Assembly (NCBI RefSeq): GCF_006345805.1
Contig: NC_043026.1
Coordinates: forward strand, 8,804,001 to 8,868,000
Direction of reading: 5' to 3'
Length of the DNA stretch: 64,000 nt
DNA from: Octopus sinensis
Lineage: Eukaryota
Shown here in pieces: positions 38,218-52,519 of this stretch. The number at the start of each line of letters is the position of its first letter. The stretch's first letter is position 1. The position numbers and the translations under genes are program-made. Below the pieces are notes generated by a model. It did no database searches and was not told the DNA's origin. It worked only from the letters and a program-made list of their open reading frames with translations.

Positions 38218-39452
38218 TGCGCATGCGTATGAAATATTGGTTTCAAATTTTGGCACAACGCCAGCAATATCGGCGGAGGTGTTGGGGGGGGGCCTAAGTC
38301 GCTTACCTTGACCTCAGTAGACAACTAGTATTTATTTTATTGTGTCCCGCCCCAGCAAAGATATTAAAGGCAAAGTCGACCTCGTCGTAATTTACGCATA
38401 TATACATAAATATCGATGTAGGCACAACACGTGCACCCCACCGATGTCTGGGTGTTTTTTTTTTAGGGGGGGGGGGTCCCAAAAATGTTTTCGGATTCTG
38501 ATATCATCGATATAGAATACGATTTTGGCAAACTATCGCGTTTTCGTAGAACACCTATTTACTGTATCTGTAGAAAAAACGGCCGTTGAAGAAAATATCT
38601 TACAAATATCTTACAAATATCTTACAAACTACAGAATTTTCTCAATAAAGCCAAAAGGAAAAGGTGTTTTATGTAACACATTCTACCAGTATACGAAGTT
38701 TAAAATTTTTTAGTTACCTAGAAATTATGTTAAAAACTGCCGTTCAAACAGAAAAGATCCCCAATCTTTTTCTTAAACGAGGGACATATTCATACGGCAC
38801 AGAATGTTTTTTTTACCTCAATAGACGTGAGTGATTGGTTGAAATTGCCGAAATGCTTGAAATTAAAGACGAAATATCTTACAAACTACAGAATTTTCTC
38901 AATAAAGCCAAGAGGAAAAGATGTTTTATGTAACACATTCTACCAGTATACGAAGTTTAAAACTTTTTAGTTACCTAGAAATTATGTTAAAAACTGCCGT
39001 TCAAACAGAAAAGATCCCCAATCTGTTTCTTAAACAAGGGACATATTCATACGGCACAGAATGTTTTTTTACCTCAATAGACGTGAGTGATTGGTTGAAA
39101 TTGCCGAAATGCTTGAAATTAAAGACGAAATATCTTACAAACTACAGAATTTTCTCAATAAAGCCAACAGGAAAAGATGTTTTATGTAACACATTCTACC
39201 AGTATACGAAGTTTAAAACTTTTTAGTTACCTAGAAATTATGTTAAAAACTGCCGTTCAAACAGAAAAGATCCATTAAACTTTGCCTTTCACCTTTTTCT
39301 GCTAGGGTTCAATAAAATAAATACCAGTTGACTACTCGGGTCCATGAAATCGACTGACACTTGACCCTCCCCGAAATTTCTGGTTTTCTACCAAAATCTT
39401 TAAAAAACAAAAGAAAAAAAGAAGAAAAACCAGTATTTCATACGCATGCGCA
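38218..39452. promoter_or_regulatory. Putative bidirectional promoter core of A1/B1
   Basis: Mirror NRF1-like motifs at 38218-38227 and 39443-39452 end inverted arms (~37940-38235 vs ~39430-39715). Repeated at 49515/50737 and 61724. Confidence 0.55.
38617..39273. repeat. 256-bp satellite, ~2.6 copies
   Basis: Same monomer as 62110-64000; preceded by (atatcttacaa)x3. Confidence 0.9.
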
Positions 39453-39603
39453 CTAAGCGTATTTCCGCCTAAATTCCTTCATTTTAACAAACTTGATTTC
39501 AGTCGGAATTTCTCTCAATTCACTCCCAAACACATTTATAATACATTTCTCAACCACCTGACGCACTTCTAACAACAACACCATCCTTTTTAAAACCATT
39601 TCC

Positions 39604-40308
39604 GTAAGTATTAAACTATTTAATTTCTAAATACTTCGTGTCTCAGATGTCCTTTGATTTGTGCGACATTTGGCTGCTATTTCTAGCTATGGAGGCTACC
39701 TTCTACACTTTCCATCATTTTCCCACGTTTCTTGTGTTTTCACTGTGGATAAATGCCAGAAACGGCCTCAGACTCACCGATATCTTAAATCGTAAACAGA
39801 AGCAACCAGGGGCGAAGAATAGGGTTGAAAAAAAATCATAAATGTGTTTATGAAGAGAAAAACTTCAAAAGATGGGAAAGTGAAACGAGGAGGGTTGTCT
39901 TAGGATGTGCTAGAAACAACAGCCAAATCTCCCTTAAATCACACTTTTTCCTTTGAAAATATTTACAATATTTTATTTTTTTGTTACCGAAAAGGTTTCT
40001 CCCATCGTTTTTAAGGGCAAAAATATGTTTGTTTTTTTTTTTTCAAGTGAAAAGTGAAGGGGCTGGTGGTAAATATATATATATACACACACACACACAT
40101 ATGAATGTTGTGCAGTAAGAATGTGTAACTGGAATTTAGAAATATGTTAACTTCACACAAGATTTTCTGATGTAAATTTTAATAAATTAAAAAAGTTCTG
40201 TTGTTCAGGTAAATGTTTATTTCTAGAGTTTATCTTTATGGAAACGTTGAATCTGTATTTTTTTCAGTAGCCTCTATATCTTACACTGTTGTTTCTTTAT
40301 TATTTCAG
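39604..40308 (+). other. Predicted 5'-UTR intron of B1 (50898-52156 for B2)
   Basis: GTAAGT at 39604; ttctttattatttcAG ending at 40308. Confidence 0.55.
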
Positions 40309-40596
40309 AATATCAGATGACATTGGCATAACTGAAGATACATTCTCATTATTTATCATCTTTTAAAGACCAAAATGAAAATATTGTACAGAACAGATAT
40401 ATAAGATTGTTTCTACAAATCTGTGGTGGAATTCCTCTGATATATTTACTCTGAAATGTGTTATTAGCAAATCTTCTGGACATCACTGGCTGGAGTGTCT
40501 ACAAGATGTGTCTCTTTGCAAATTAAACTTGGGTAAATTTACTAACGAGTTTTGGGACAAAGGTAACAGTGGACAGAAATACAGCAGTCGAAATAC

Positions 40597-40631
40597 TTGC
40601 AAACAAAAGACTATAGAAGTACAAAGAAGAA

Positions 40632-40683
<52 letters not shown>

Positions 40684-42174
40684 GAGAAACTAAAGGATCT
40701 GACTTTTCCAGAAGAAAAAGGGAAACAAAAATTGTCACATGACTGTGATGTGTGTAAAAAGTCCTTCTCTGAAAAGGGTAACTTGTATAAGCACAAACGT
40801 ATTCATACGGTAGAGAAGCCATTTCATTGTGACAACTGTGGTAAATCATTCTCTCAAAAGGGTCGCTTGAATATGCACAAGCGTATTCATACAGGGGAGA
40901 AACCATTTCACTGTGACACCTGTGGTAAATCATTCTCTCAAAATAATAACTTGACTAAACACAAACGTATTCATACTGGAGAGAAGCCTTATCGTTGTGA
41001 TGTCTGTGGTAAATCATTCTCTGACCGAAGTGATTTAAATTCTCACAAGCGTATTCATACAGGAGAGACACCGTATTCTTGTGATATCTGTGGTAAATCA
41101 TTCACTCAAAGTGGGAACTTAGCTAAACACAAACGTTTCCATACAGGAGAGAAGCTATATCAGTGCAACATCTGTGGCAAATCTTTCTCTGCCAGTAGGA
41201 ACCTAACTACTCATAAACGTATTCATACAGGAGAGAAGCCATATCAGTGCAACATCTGTGGCAAATCTTTCTCTTCCTGTAGTAACATAACTAAACACAG
41301 ACGTATTCATACAGGAGAGACACCACATTCTTGTGACATCTGTGGTACATCATTCTCTCAAAGTGGGAGTTTAAATGCTCACAAACGTATTCATACAGGA
41401 GAGAAGCTGTATTACTGCGACATCTGTGGCAAATCTTTCTCTCTTAGTAGTAACCTAACTACACATAAGCGTATTCATACAGGAGAGAAGCCCTATCACT
41501 GTGATGTCTGTGGTACATCATTCTCTCAAAGTGGGAACTTAACTGCTCACAAACGTATTCATACAGGAGAGAAGCTGTATCAGTGCGACATCTGTGGCAA
41601 ATCTTTCTCTCTTAGTACGAACCTAACTAGACATAAGCGTATTCATACAGGAGAGAAGCCCTATCACTGTGATGTCTGTGGTACATCATTCTCTGTCCAA
41701 AGTGTTTTAAAATCTCACAAACATGATCATAGAGGAGAGAAGCCATTTCACTGTGATGTCTGTGGTAAATCATTCTTTCAAAAAGGTAACTTGACTACAC
41801 ACAAACGTATTCATACAGGGGAGAGACCATATTCTTGTGATATCTGTGGTAAATCATTCTCTGAAAGTGGCAGCCTAACTACTCATAAACGTATTCATAC
41901 AGGAGAGACACCATATCACTGTGATATCTGTGGTAAATCATTCTCTGACCAAAGTGCTTCCATTTCTCACAAACGTATTCATACAGGAGAGACACCATAT
42001 TCTTGTGATATCTGTGGTAGGTCATTCACTCAACATGGCAGCTTAACTTCTCACAAACGTATCCATACAGGAGAGAAGCCATATCCTTGTGATATCTGTG
42101 GAAGGTCATTCACTCAACGTGGCAACTTAACTTCTCACAAACGTGTTCATCAGGGGAAGAAGCAATCCCACTGA
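40597..42174 (+). CDS. C2H2 zinc-finger gene B1 (17 fingers); family start ATG deleted
   Basis: Open frame with 17 fingers. The track start is a TTG; the MEKSG ATG of the paralogs is missing next to the (TA)n; the first in-frame ATG is inside finger 2. Confidence 0.8.
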
Positions 42175-44413
42175 TATTTGTGCTAAATCATAATCTGTAA
42201 GGGGTGACTGAACCCTTTACCATGCAGATTATTCTGTCGAATGTGAGGGTTATTTATTCACATAATTTTCAATTTGTCCTGCATTAACCCACAGCTTTCA
42301 AATTTTGATGATATGATTGTGTATTTTCACAATGACATTGTAGGGTAGGTGTAAGAAGCCAACTCTGACTACTTTGATCATAAAATAGGCAGAATATTTG
42401 GGCCAGATATGGCTGGTTTAAATTCTAAAGAGTGGACAGTAGATGTACCAACACTTCTTACTTCTCACAAGGACCATAAGGGGCCATTATTGACTGCCAT
42501 TGAAAATATTTCATCATCATCATTTAACGTCCGTTTTCCATGCTAGCATGGGTTGGACGGTTCAACTGGGGTCTGGGAAGCCCGAAGGCTGCACCAGGTT
42601 GTCTGATCTGGCAGTGTTTCTACAGCTGGATGCCCTTCCTAATGCCAACCACTCCATGAGTGTAGTGGGTGCTTTTTACGTGCCACCTGCACAGGTGCCA
42701 GACGAGGCTGGCAAATGGCCACGATCGGATATTTTAAATACAGTCCTGCCCTGTCTCACTGTAGCATTGCTCTCCGCTAGTCCTGACCTGTATGTTCCAC
42801 CCCCATTCCCTGTCTTACTGTATTATTGCTACTGGCTTGCCCTCAACCTATGTCTTCCACCCACATGTAACAAGAAAACTTTTTACACACCCTGCCCCCA
42901 ACAAACCAATCTACATCTCTTCTTCACATTCCTTCCATACACTATGCCTACCTCTCACTCCCCCAATCCTGTCCTCATGGTGCTGTTCCTCTGTATCATT
43001 GCTATCCGGTAGCCCCCTGACCCTATATAATACCCAGGTTGTCATCACTCAACACACCCTACACTCTAATCATGCTTCCTTTGCAGTATCCTATTCCTTT
43101 ACTCCCCACAAGGGGCTAAACACAGAGGGGACAAACGGATTAAGTCGATTACATCGACCCCAGTGCATAACTGGTACTTATTTAATGGACCTCGGCGGAA
43201 TTTGAACTCAGAGCCCAACGGCAGGCGAAATACCGCCTTTGCAGTATCCTGTCCCTTATATTATGACGTTTAAACCCCAAGGTTGTGCCCTGGCACTTGC
43301 CACCATCTATATCTCTTTCTTCCTTTACTCAAGGATCCCCATTTATGTTCTGATCCCCTCCCTAGTGAATACGCCCATCATTTAGCCACTATATCCATCG
43401 TGTTGTCTCCCACCCTCTATCACCTTCTCCTGCTTTTCCCTCGGGCTGGGTAACCATGTATCTCCTTTGTGGCGGCACACCCGTTTCTGTCTTCATCCTG
43501 ATCTCTCTCTCTGGCCTGGTAAACTTGTACTTCCTCTACAGCAACGGACAGATCTCAACAACAGATGCTGCCCAACAAACAGAACCAAGCCATGAAGATG
43601 CTACAGAATTTCAACTGTGATACAACTCCCACTGTTCCAGATAGAGTTTGTTAAAACTTGCCAAACCTGTTACTTCACAATTTGTAAGAAATTTGCCATG
43701 TATTTTTATAAAGAGTTGTAATAAATAATAGTTGCCTTCAATTTACCTGGTTCTTCTTGTCATTCTTTTATATAAAGGTAACTCCAGGCACACAAACTAG
43801 ACCAGCCACAGTTAACTCGCCAGCAAAACTCATAACCAATGCTACAGAATTTCAACTGTGATACAACTTCCACTATTCCAGATCGAGTTTGTTAAAATTT
43901 CTGACGGTTCAACTGGGGTCTGGGAAACCAGAAGGCTGCACTAGGCCCAGTCTGATCTGACAAAGTTTCTACAGCTGGATGCCCTTCCTAATGCCAACCA
44001 CTCCGTTAGTGTAGTGGTTGCTTTCACGTGCCACTGGCACGGAGGCCAAACGATGCTGGCAACAGCTACAATCGGATGGTGCTTTTTACGTGCAACCTGC
44101 ACGGAGGACAGACGGGCTGCGCTGGCAGCGGCCACGTTCAGATGGTTCCTTTGTGTGTGTATATGTATATATACTACTCGTAGTAATACCTGTCATTAAT
44201 TGGGTAATTGCTTTTATTCTTTCTTGAGAGCCCCATTCAAAGTATTATTATATGTATAGTTTACCCCTCCTGTATGTGTGTATTTTATAAGAGAAAAATG
44301 AAATAACTGAAGTAGGAAAAAGACCAGTTTCATACACAGGCTTCTGTTTTATTTATCAAAACACTAATGGCAATTATATACTCCTTACTCTTTTACTTGT
44401 TTCAGTCATTGAC

Positions 44414-45389
44414 TTTGAGTAAGTCCTCAACACCACCGTCTTCCTTTCAAGCTCTTTTAACCATTTTTTGGGAGCTGTCAAGTCCCACACAAGAAATTCC
44501 TTTGCCATTTCAACACAAAGTTCAATTACAGTTCAAAATGTAAGAAAATAAAACAAGACACAAAAAAAGAAGGGAAGAAATAAAATAAAAAATAACAGTT
44601 CAAAAAAGAGTTCTTTTATTTTTTTAAATAAACGAAAGCTTTGAAGAAGAGAGTTCAAATCCAGGCAAAGAAATAAATTAATTTTCGGCCGAAAAGGTAC
44701 TCCTGGCCAAATGTACATAGGTTCCTTGGTATGAATCGTCTTTACCGTAATTGGTAAAAGAAATCCAAACACAATACTGGCTACAGCCAACGGTAACTGT
44801 ACCAGGTTCTAATCATTCGGGCGAGGATACGTCCCTCCACTGCTTTTTTTTTTTTTAATGAATCCAAAATATTCCCACTAAATTCACAAAACAGCAGCAG
44901 GCGAAATTTGTTAACAAAAAATAACAATATAACAAATTACACCCAGCTCAGATAAAACAAAATCACTGGCCTCGACAACCTTCTCTGTTTTTGTTCTTTT
45001 TTCTTGTAATTGTCCAGAGCCAAAACACTCACGTCCACCTTGCAAAAACAGTCCTTCCTGCCTTGTACTCCTTGGTAATCCACAGACACGAAGATAATTT
45101 TCGCAAAGAAATTAATTTTTGCGGAGGGGCTATGCCTCCTCGAAAACACAATTCTCACTGCAAAGTGAGTCTTTATAGGCGGCCACAGGCAGGCAAATGT
45201 CTGGAGCAGATTGGAGTCTATTACTCACCAAAAAATATTAAATACAGGGCAACAAACTCCACTAAACCCTCAAAATATACGACAAACGCCTACCTGTAGT
45301 CGAGCCTCAAAGTTCAATATTTCACGACGAAAGACGTGACATCAAGCAGCAAGAACTCTCTGCCAAAAACAAACACATCTGTCTCCGAC
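44414..45389 (-). mobile_element. Truncated ORF1-element copy (also 56771-57757)
   Basis: Matches 31161-32116 plus the terminal 31 bp seen at 34054-34084; lies between a SINE head and a SINE tail. Confidence 0.8.
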
Positions 45390-45706
45390 AAAGGTAAGCA
45401 AGCTACTTACCACACAACTACTCCTGTTTACTCAATTTGAAAACTCTTTGTATTGTCTTTTGTCTCCTGTGTCTGTGTGTGTGCGCCTAAGTTCATATAT
45501 GAGTAGTGTCCCTTTAATATCACGCAAAAATTGATAAAAATTTGAGAATTAAAATTAAATATCTTTTTTCTAATTGATAGAATTTTACTAAACCTTTGGA
45601 TGGCAAATTGAAAATAATGTGAATATATAAACATCGCATTCGACAGAATAACGTACATGGTAAAGGGTTTCAGTAACCCCTTAGAGATTATGATTTAGTT
45701 TAAATA

Positions 45707-46711
45707 TTAGTGGGATTGCTTCTTCCCCTTATGAACACATTTGTGAGAAGTTAAGCTGCTATGTTGAGTAAATGACCTTCCACAGATATCACAAGAATAT
45801 GGTGTCTCTCCTGTATGAATACGTTTATGGGTCATTAGGTTACTACTGGTAGAGAAAGATTTATTACAGACATCACAAGAATATGGTGTCTCTCCTGTAT
45901 GAATACGTTTATGTTTAGCTAAGTTGCCACTTTGAGAGAATGATTTACCACAGATTTCACAGTGAAATAGTGTCTCTCCTGTATGAATACGTTTGTGTAA
46001 AGTCAAATAAATATTTTGAGAGAATAATTTACCACAGATATCACAAGAATATGGTGTTTCTCCTGTATGAATACGTCTGTGTCCAGTTAAGTTAGAACTC
46101 ATGGTGAATGATTTACCACAGATATCACAAGGATATGGTGACTCTCCTGTATGAATACGTTTATGATAAGTTAGAGCACTTTTACCAGGAAATAATTTAC
46201 CACAGATATTACAGGAATATGGCTTCTTTCCTGTATGAATACGCTTGTGATTAGTTAAAGCACTTCTATGAGAGAATGATTTACCACAGATGTCACATTG
46301 AAATGGCTTCTCTCCTGTATGACAATGCTGGTGATTATTTAAAACACTTTGGTCAGAGAATCTTGTACCACAGACACTACAATGATATGGTGACTCTCCT
46401 GTATGAATACGTTTATGTTGAGTTAGAGCACTGTTATCAGAAAATAATTTGCCACAGATATTACAGGAATATGGCTTCTCTCCTGTATGAATACGTTTAT
46501 GTTTAGCTAAGCTGCCACTTTGAGAGAATGATTTACCACAGATTTCACAGTGAAATGGCTTCTCTCCTGTATGAATACGTTTGTGACTATTTAAGTTACA
46601 TTTACTTGAGAAAGACTTTTTACACACATCACAGTCATGTGACAATTTTTGTCTCTCTTTTTTGCTAACTTCTGGTAAAATCTGTTCCTTCACTTTCTCA
46701 CTCTTTTCCAT
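45707..46711 (-). CDS. C2H2 zinc-finger protein A2 (11 fingers)
   Basis: 334-aa intact ORF. Confidence 0.93.
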   Translation of the reverse strand: MEKSEKVKEQILPEVSKKERQKLSHDCDVCKKSFSSKCNLNSHKRIHTGEKPFHCEICGKSFSQSGSLAKHKRIHTGEKPYSCNICGKLFSDNSALTQHKRIHTGESPYHCSVCGTRFSDQSVLNNHQHCHTGEKPFQCDICGKSFSHRSALTNHKRIHTGKKPYSCNICGKLFPGKSALTYHKRIHTGESPYPCDICGKSFTMSSNLTGHRRIHTGETPYSCDICGKLFSQNIYLTLHKRIHTGETLFHCEICGKSFSQSGNLAKHKRIHTGETPYSCDVCNKSFSTSSNLMTHKRIHTGETPYSCDICGRSFTQHSSLTSHKCVHKGKKQSH

Positions 46712-49700
46712 TATTTTTCCTTCAACTTCACAATATACCTTCTTTTTTTATTCTTTTTGCTTCTATAGTCTTTTGTTTACAAATATTTCAACTGTTGTAT
46801 TTCTGGCCACTGTTACCTTTGTCACAAAACAACTAAATTTATCCACATTCAATCTGCAAACAGGCTCATCTTGTAGACACTCCAGCCAGTGATGTCCAGA
46901 AGGTTTGCTAATAACACATTTCAGAGTAAATATATCAGAGGAATTCCACCACAGATTTATAGAAACAATCTTATATATCTGTTCTGTACAATATTTCCAT
47001 TTTGGTCTTTAAAAAGCTGATAAATAATGAGAATGTATCTTCAGTTATGCCAATGTCATCTGATATTCTGAAATAATAAAGAAACAACAGTGTAAGATAT
47101 GGAGGCTACTTAAAAAAATACAGATTCAACATTTCCATAAAGATAAACTCTAGAAATAAACATTTAACTGAACAACAGAACTTTCTAATTTATTAATATT
47201 TACATCACAAAATCCTGTTTGAAGCTAAAATATTTCTAAACTCCAGCTCCACATTCATAAAAACACACACATACACTTTTTTACTGGTTTCAGTTGTTTT
47301 GACTGTGGTCATGCTGGAGCACCAACTTTAAAGGCTTCAGTCAATAGAATCAATGCTAGGACTTATTTTTTGAGCTTAGCACTTATTCTATCAGCCACTT
47401 TTGCCAAACCACAGGTTTATGGGGACATAAACACACCAACACTGTTTGTCAAGTGTTGAAGGGGTGGGAGGACAACACACCCACATATATATTGGGCTTC
47501 CTTCAGTTTCCATCTCCCAAATCCATTCACAAGGCCAGAGGATATTGTAGAAAATGTATGTCTGTGACTAGTTACCTAACAGCTCACAATTTCTTCTCTT
47601 TAATTCCATAAAGGGAAAAAATTACTGGAAATAGTCATTACTCATTTTGCCCCATGAGGAGATTCCACGAATGATTACAAAAAGTTTATCAGCCAAGCAA
47701 ATGGCCTTCCCTGAATGCATTGAAAACATTATAACAGAATCACTCTTTCAGGAAATTATCATTGTTCTCTTTGAGTGTGTAGAAAGAGAAATTTGGCAGA
47801 GGCAAGAAAAGGTGAAATTGTCTCTTCAAATTATCCAGAATTACATTTGAAAACAAAGACTCAAACATCAATATCTATCCTTCGACATCTTAAAGATCAG
47901 AAATGCAAAAAGCTATTTAAGTATCGAATTCAAATGAAAGAGAATCAGAGAAAAATTGCAAATGATGTGAAATTAATGAATATCGAATAAATGGGGGGAA
48001 AAAATCAACATAAAATATCATCAACAGTTTCTTCAAGATCTCTTCGTGGTTAGGGCAGCGGACTCGCGGTCGTAGGATTGCGGTTTCGATTCCCAGACCG
48101 GGCGTTGTGAGTGTTTATTGAGCGAAAACACCAAAAAGCTCCACGAGGCCCCGGCAGGGGATGGTGGTGATCCCTGCTGTACTCTTTCACCACAACTTTC
48201 TCTCACTCTTACTTCCTGTTTCTGTTGTACCTGTATTTCAAAGGGCCGGCCTTGTCACTCTGTGTCACGCTGAATGTCCCCGAGAACTACGTTAAGGGTA
48301 CACGTGTTTGTGGAGTGCTCATCGTCGTAACCGACGGAGTGCTTCCATCCACTAACAAGAGATTATTGAAAGTAGTCATTACTCATTTTGCCCCATCTTA
48401 GTCATAATTTTTGATAATTGAAAATTACCAAATTAGACACTAAACGGGGGTTAAAAATTGATCTGGAATCTAAGAGAGAGAAGAATATTGATGGTTAAAC
48501 ACCGAACATCATCCAGATAATTTATTAGTAACCTCGATTATTATCGGATTGAGAGTTGAGGGAAAATTTCTTGATATTAAAAAGGACCTGCAACTCCAAC
48601 AACTATAAGGACAAATTCCCAGTCCTAAATATATATTTCTTTACTCACCACAAGGGGCTACACACTGAGGGGACAAACAAGGCCAGAAAAACGGATTAAG
48701 TCGATTATATCGACCCCGAAAGGATGAAAGGCAAAGTCGACCCCGGCGGAATTTGAACTCAGAACGTAACGGCAGACGAAATATCTATTTTTTTACTGCC
48801 CACAAGGGGCTAAACACAGAGGGAAGAAACAAGGACAGACATAGGTATTAAGTCGATTACATCGACCCCAGTGCGTAACTGGTACTTTATTTATCGACCC
48901 CGCCGGAATTTAAACTCAGAACGTAACGGCAGACGAAATACGTCCACGCATTTCGCCCGGGGTGTTAACCCTTCTGCCAGCTCGCCGCCATCCCCAGTCC
49001 TAAAATATAATGTAGCAATACTCACAAAAATCATAAATCCAAACAAATTAGGAGAAACGGGAAAATACTCATTTTGCCCCGCTTACTAATTATGTCCCTT
49101 ACCTTATATCAAGAAACAAGGGTTCGATAAATTATAATAAAGCATTGGATTCTCAGCATTTCTGTGGTTGGAGTTTATTTTAAGAACATTTCTCCACCTA
49201 AAACACACAACAAACAAACTTAAAGAAGAAACGATGGAGCGTGTAGGAGGTTGCCGCCATAGCTAGAAATAGCAGCCAAATGTGGAACAGATCAAAGGAC
49301 ATCTGAGACACCAAAGTATTAAAAGATTAAATGTTTTCGTTGTTTAATACTTACGGAAATGTCTTTATAAAGGATGGTGTTGTTGTTGTTATGAGTGCTT
49401 CAGGTGGTTGAGAAATCTATTACAAATGTGTTTAGGAGTGAATTGAGAGAAATTCTGGCACCAGACATCAAATGTTTGTCGTAACGTAATGAATGGGGGC
49501 GTACGTACGTTTCGTGCGCATGCGTATGAAATATTGGTTTCAAATTTTGACACAACGCCAGCAATATCGGCGGAGGTGTTGGGGGGGGGGGCCTAAGTCG
49601 CTTACCTTGACCTCAGTAGACAACTAGTATTTATTTTATTGTGTCCCGCCCCAGCAAAGATATTAAAGGCAAAGTCGACCTCGTCGTAATTTACGCATAT

Positions 49701-49914
49701 ATACATAAATATCGATGTAGGCACAACACGTGCACCCCACCGATGTCTGGGGTTTTTTTTTTGGGGGGGGGGTCCAAAAAATGTTTTCGGATTCTGATAT
49801 CATCGATATAGAATACGATTTTGCCAAAATATCGCGTTTTCGTAGAACACCTATTTACTGTATCTGTAGAAAAAACGGCCGTTGAAGAAAATATCTTACA
49901 AATATCTTACAAAC

Positions 49915-50568
49915 ATGTTACAAACTACAGAATTTTCTCAATAAAGCCAACAGGAAAAGATGTTTTATGTAACACATTCTACCAGTATACGAAGTTTAAA
50001 ACTTTTTAGTTACCTAGAAATTATGTTAAAAACTGCCGTTCAAACAGAAAAGATCCCCAATCTGTTTCTTAAACAAGGGACATATTCATACGGCACAGAA
50101 TGTTTTTTTACCTCAATAGACGTGAGTGATTGGTTGAAATTGCCGAAATGCTTGAAATTAAAGACGAAATATCTTACAAACTACACAATTTTCTCAATAA
50201 AGCCAAGAGGAAAATATGTTTTATGTAACACATTCTACCAGTATACGAAGTTTAAAACTTTTTAGTTACCTAGAAATTATGTTAAAAACTGCCGTTCAAA
50301 CAGAAAAGATCCCCAATCTGTTTCTTAAACAAGGGACATATTCATACGGCACAGAATGTTTTTTTACCTCAATAGACGTGAGTGATTGGTTGAAATTGCC
50401 GAAATGCTTGAAATTAAAGACGAAATATCTTACAAACTACACAATTTTCTCAATGAAGCCAACAGGAAAAGATGTTTTATGTAACACATTCTACCAGTAT
50501 ACGAAGTTTAAAACTTTTTAGTTACCTAGAAATTATGTTAAAAACTGCCGTTCAAACAGAAAAGATCC
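49915..50568. repeat. 256-bp satellite, ~2.6 copies
   Basis: ORF-track period 49960 to 50216 = 256. Confidence 0.9.
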
Positions 50569-51892
50569 ATAAACTTTGCCTTTCACTTTTTTCTGCTGGG
50601 GTTCAATAAAATAAATACCAGTTGACTACTCGGGTCCATGAAATCGACTGACACTTGACCCTCCCCGAAATTTCTGGTTTTCTACCAAAATCTTTAAAAA
50701 ACAAAAGAAAAAAAGAAGAAAAACCAGTTTTTCATACGCATGCGCACTAAGCGTATTTCCGCCTCCATTCATTCATTTTAACAAACTTGATTCAAGTCGG
50801 AATTTCTCTCAATTCACTCCCAAACACATTTATAATACATTTCTCAACCACCTGACGCACTTCTAACAACAACACCATCCTTTATAAAGACATTTCCGTA
50901 AGTATTAAACTATTTAATTTCTAAATACTTCCTGTCTCAGATGTCCTTTGATTTGTGCGACATTTGGCTGCTATTTCTAGCTATGGAGGCTACCTTCTAC
51001 ACTTTCCATCATTTTCCCACGTTTCTTGTGTTTTCACTGTGGATAAATGCCAGAAACGGCCTCAGACTCACCGATATTTTAAATCGTAAACAGAAGCAAC
51101 CAGGGGCGAAGAATAGGGTTGAAAAAAAATCATAAATGTGTTTATGAAGAGAAAAACTTCAAAAGATGGGAAAGTGAAACGAGGAGGGTTGTCTTAGGAC
51201 GTGCTAGAAACAACAGCCAAATCTCCCTTAAATCACACTTTTTCCTTTGAAAATATTTACAATATTTTATTTTTTTGTTACCGAAAAGGTTTCTCCCATC
51301 GTTTTTAAGGGCAAAAATATGTTTGTTTTTTTTTTTTTTTCATTTTCGTTTTCTACATAGTTACGGACAAAACCCTTTGTAACTTTCGTCCTGTGTTTTG
51401 TCCCTTTATGTTTTAATTGATTTTTGTTAGCCCTTGTGGCCAATAAACGAACGAATTATTATTATTATTATTATTTTGTTGTCTTTGAACGACGATAATT
51501 TCCTGAAACAGTGATTCTGTTATAATGGTTTCAATGCATTTAGGGAAGGCCATTTGCTTAGCTGATGTACTTTTTGTAGGCATTTAAACAAGAGGTCTAT
51601 AAGTCCCCTATTCATCAAGCAAAGTATAAACTCAACCACATTTCAAACTTCACTTTCATAAATTTCACAATATCATCATCATCATCGTTTAGCATCCGTT
51701 TTCCATGCTAGCATGGGTTGGACGGTTCAACCGGGGTCTGGGAAGCCAGAAGGCTGCACCAGGCCCAGTCTGATCTGGCAAAGTTTCTACGGCTGGATGC
51801 CTTTCCTAACGCCAACCACTCCGTGAGTGTAGTGGGTGCTTTTTACGTGTCAGACGAGTCTGGCGACCGGCCATGCTCGGATGGTGCTTTTT

Positions 51893-51946
<54 letters not shown>

Positions 51947-52519
51947 TATATAAATGTTGTGCAGTAGGTATGTGTAACTGGAATTTAGAAATATGTTAAC
52001 TTCACACAAGATTTTCTGATGTAAATTTTAATAAATTAAAAAGTTCTGTTGTTCAGGTAAATGTTTGTTTCTAGAGTTTATCTCTATGGAAATGTTGAAT
52101 CTGTATTTTTTTAAGTAGCCTCTATATCTTACACTGTTGTTTCTTTATTATTTCAGAATATCAGATGACATTGGCATAACTGAAGATACATTCTCATTAT
52201 TTATCATCTTTTAAAGACCAAAATAGAAATATTGTACAGAACAGATATATAAGATTGTTTCTATAAATCTATGGCAGAATTCCTCTGATATATTTACTCT
52301 GAAATGTGTTATTAGCAAATCTTCTGGACATCACTGGCTGGAGTGTCTACAAGATGTGTCTCTTTGCAAATTAAACTTGGGTAAATTTACTAACGAGTTT
52401 TGGGACAAAAGTAACACTGGACAGAAATACAGCAGTCAAAATACTTGCAAACAAAAGACTATAGAAGTACAAAGAAGAAAACATATATATATATATTTTG
52501 TGATTTTCAAAGAAAAATA

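Larger units (their letters stand above)
29524..42839. repeat. ZF cassette unit 1 (13.3 kb)
   Basis: Anchor ccctcaac(c/t)tatgtcttccacccacatg at 29524, 42840 and 55123; colinear content. Confidence 0.9.
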
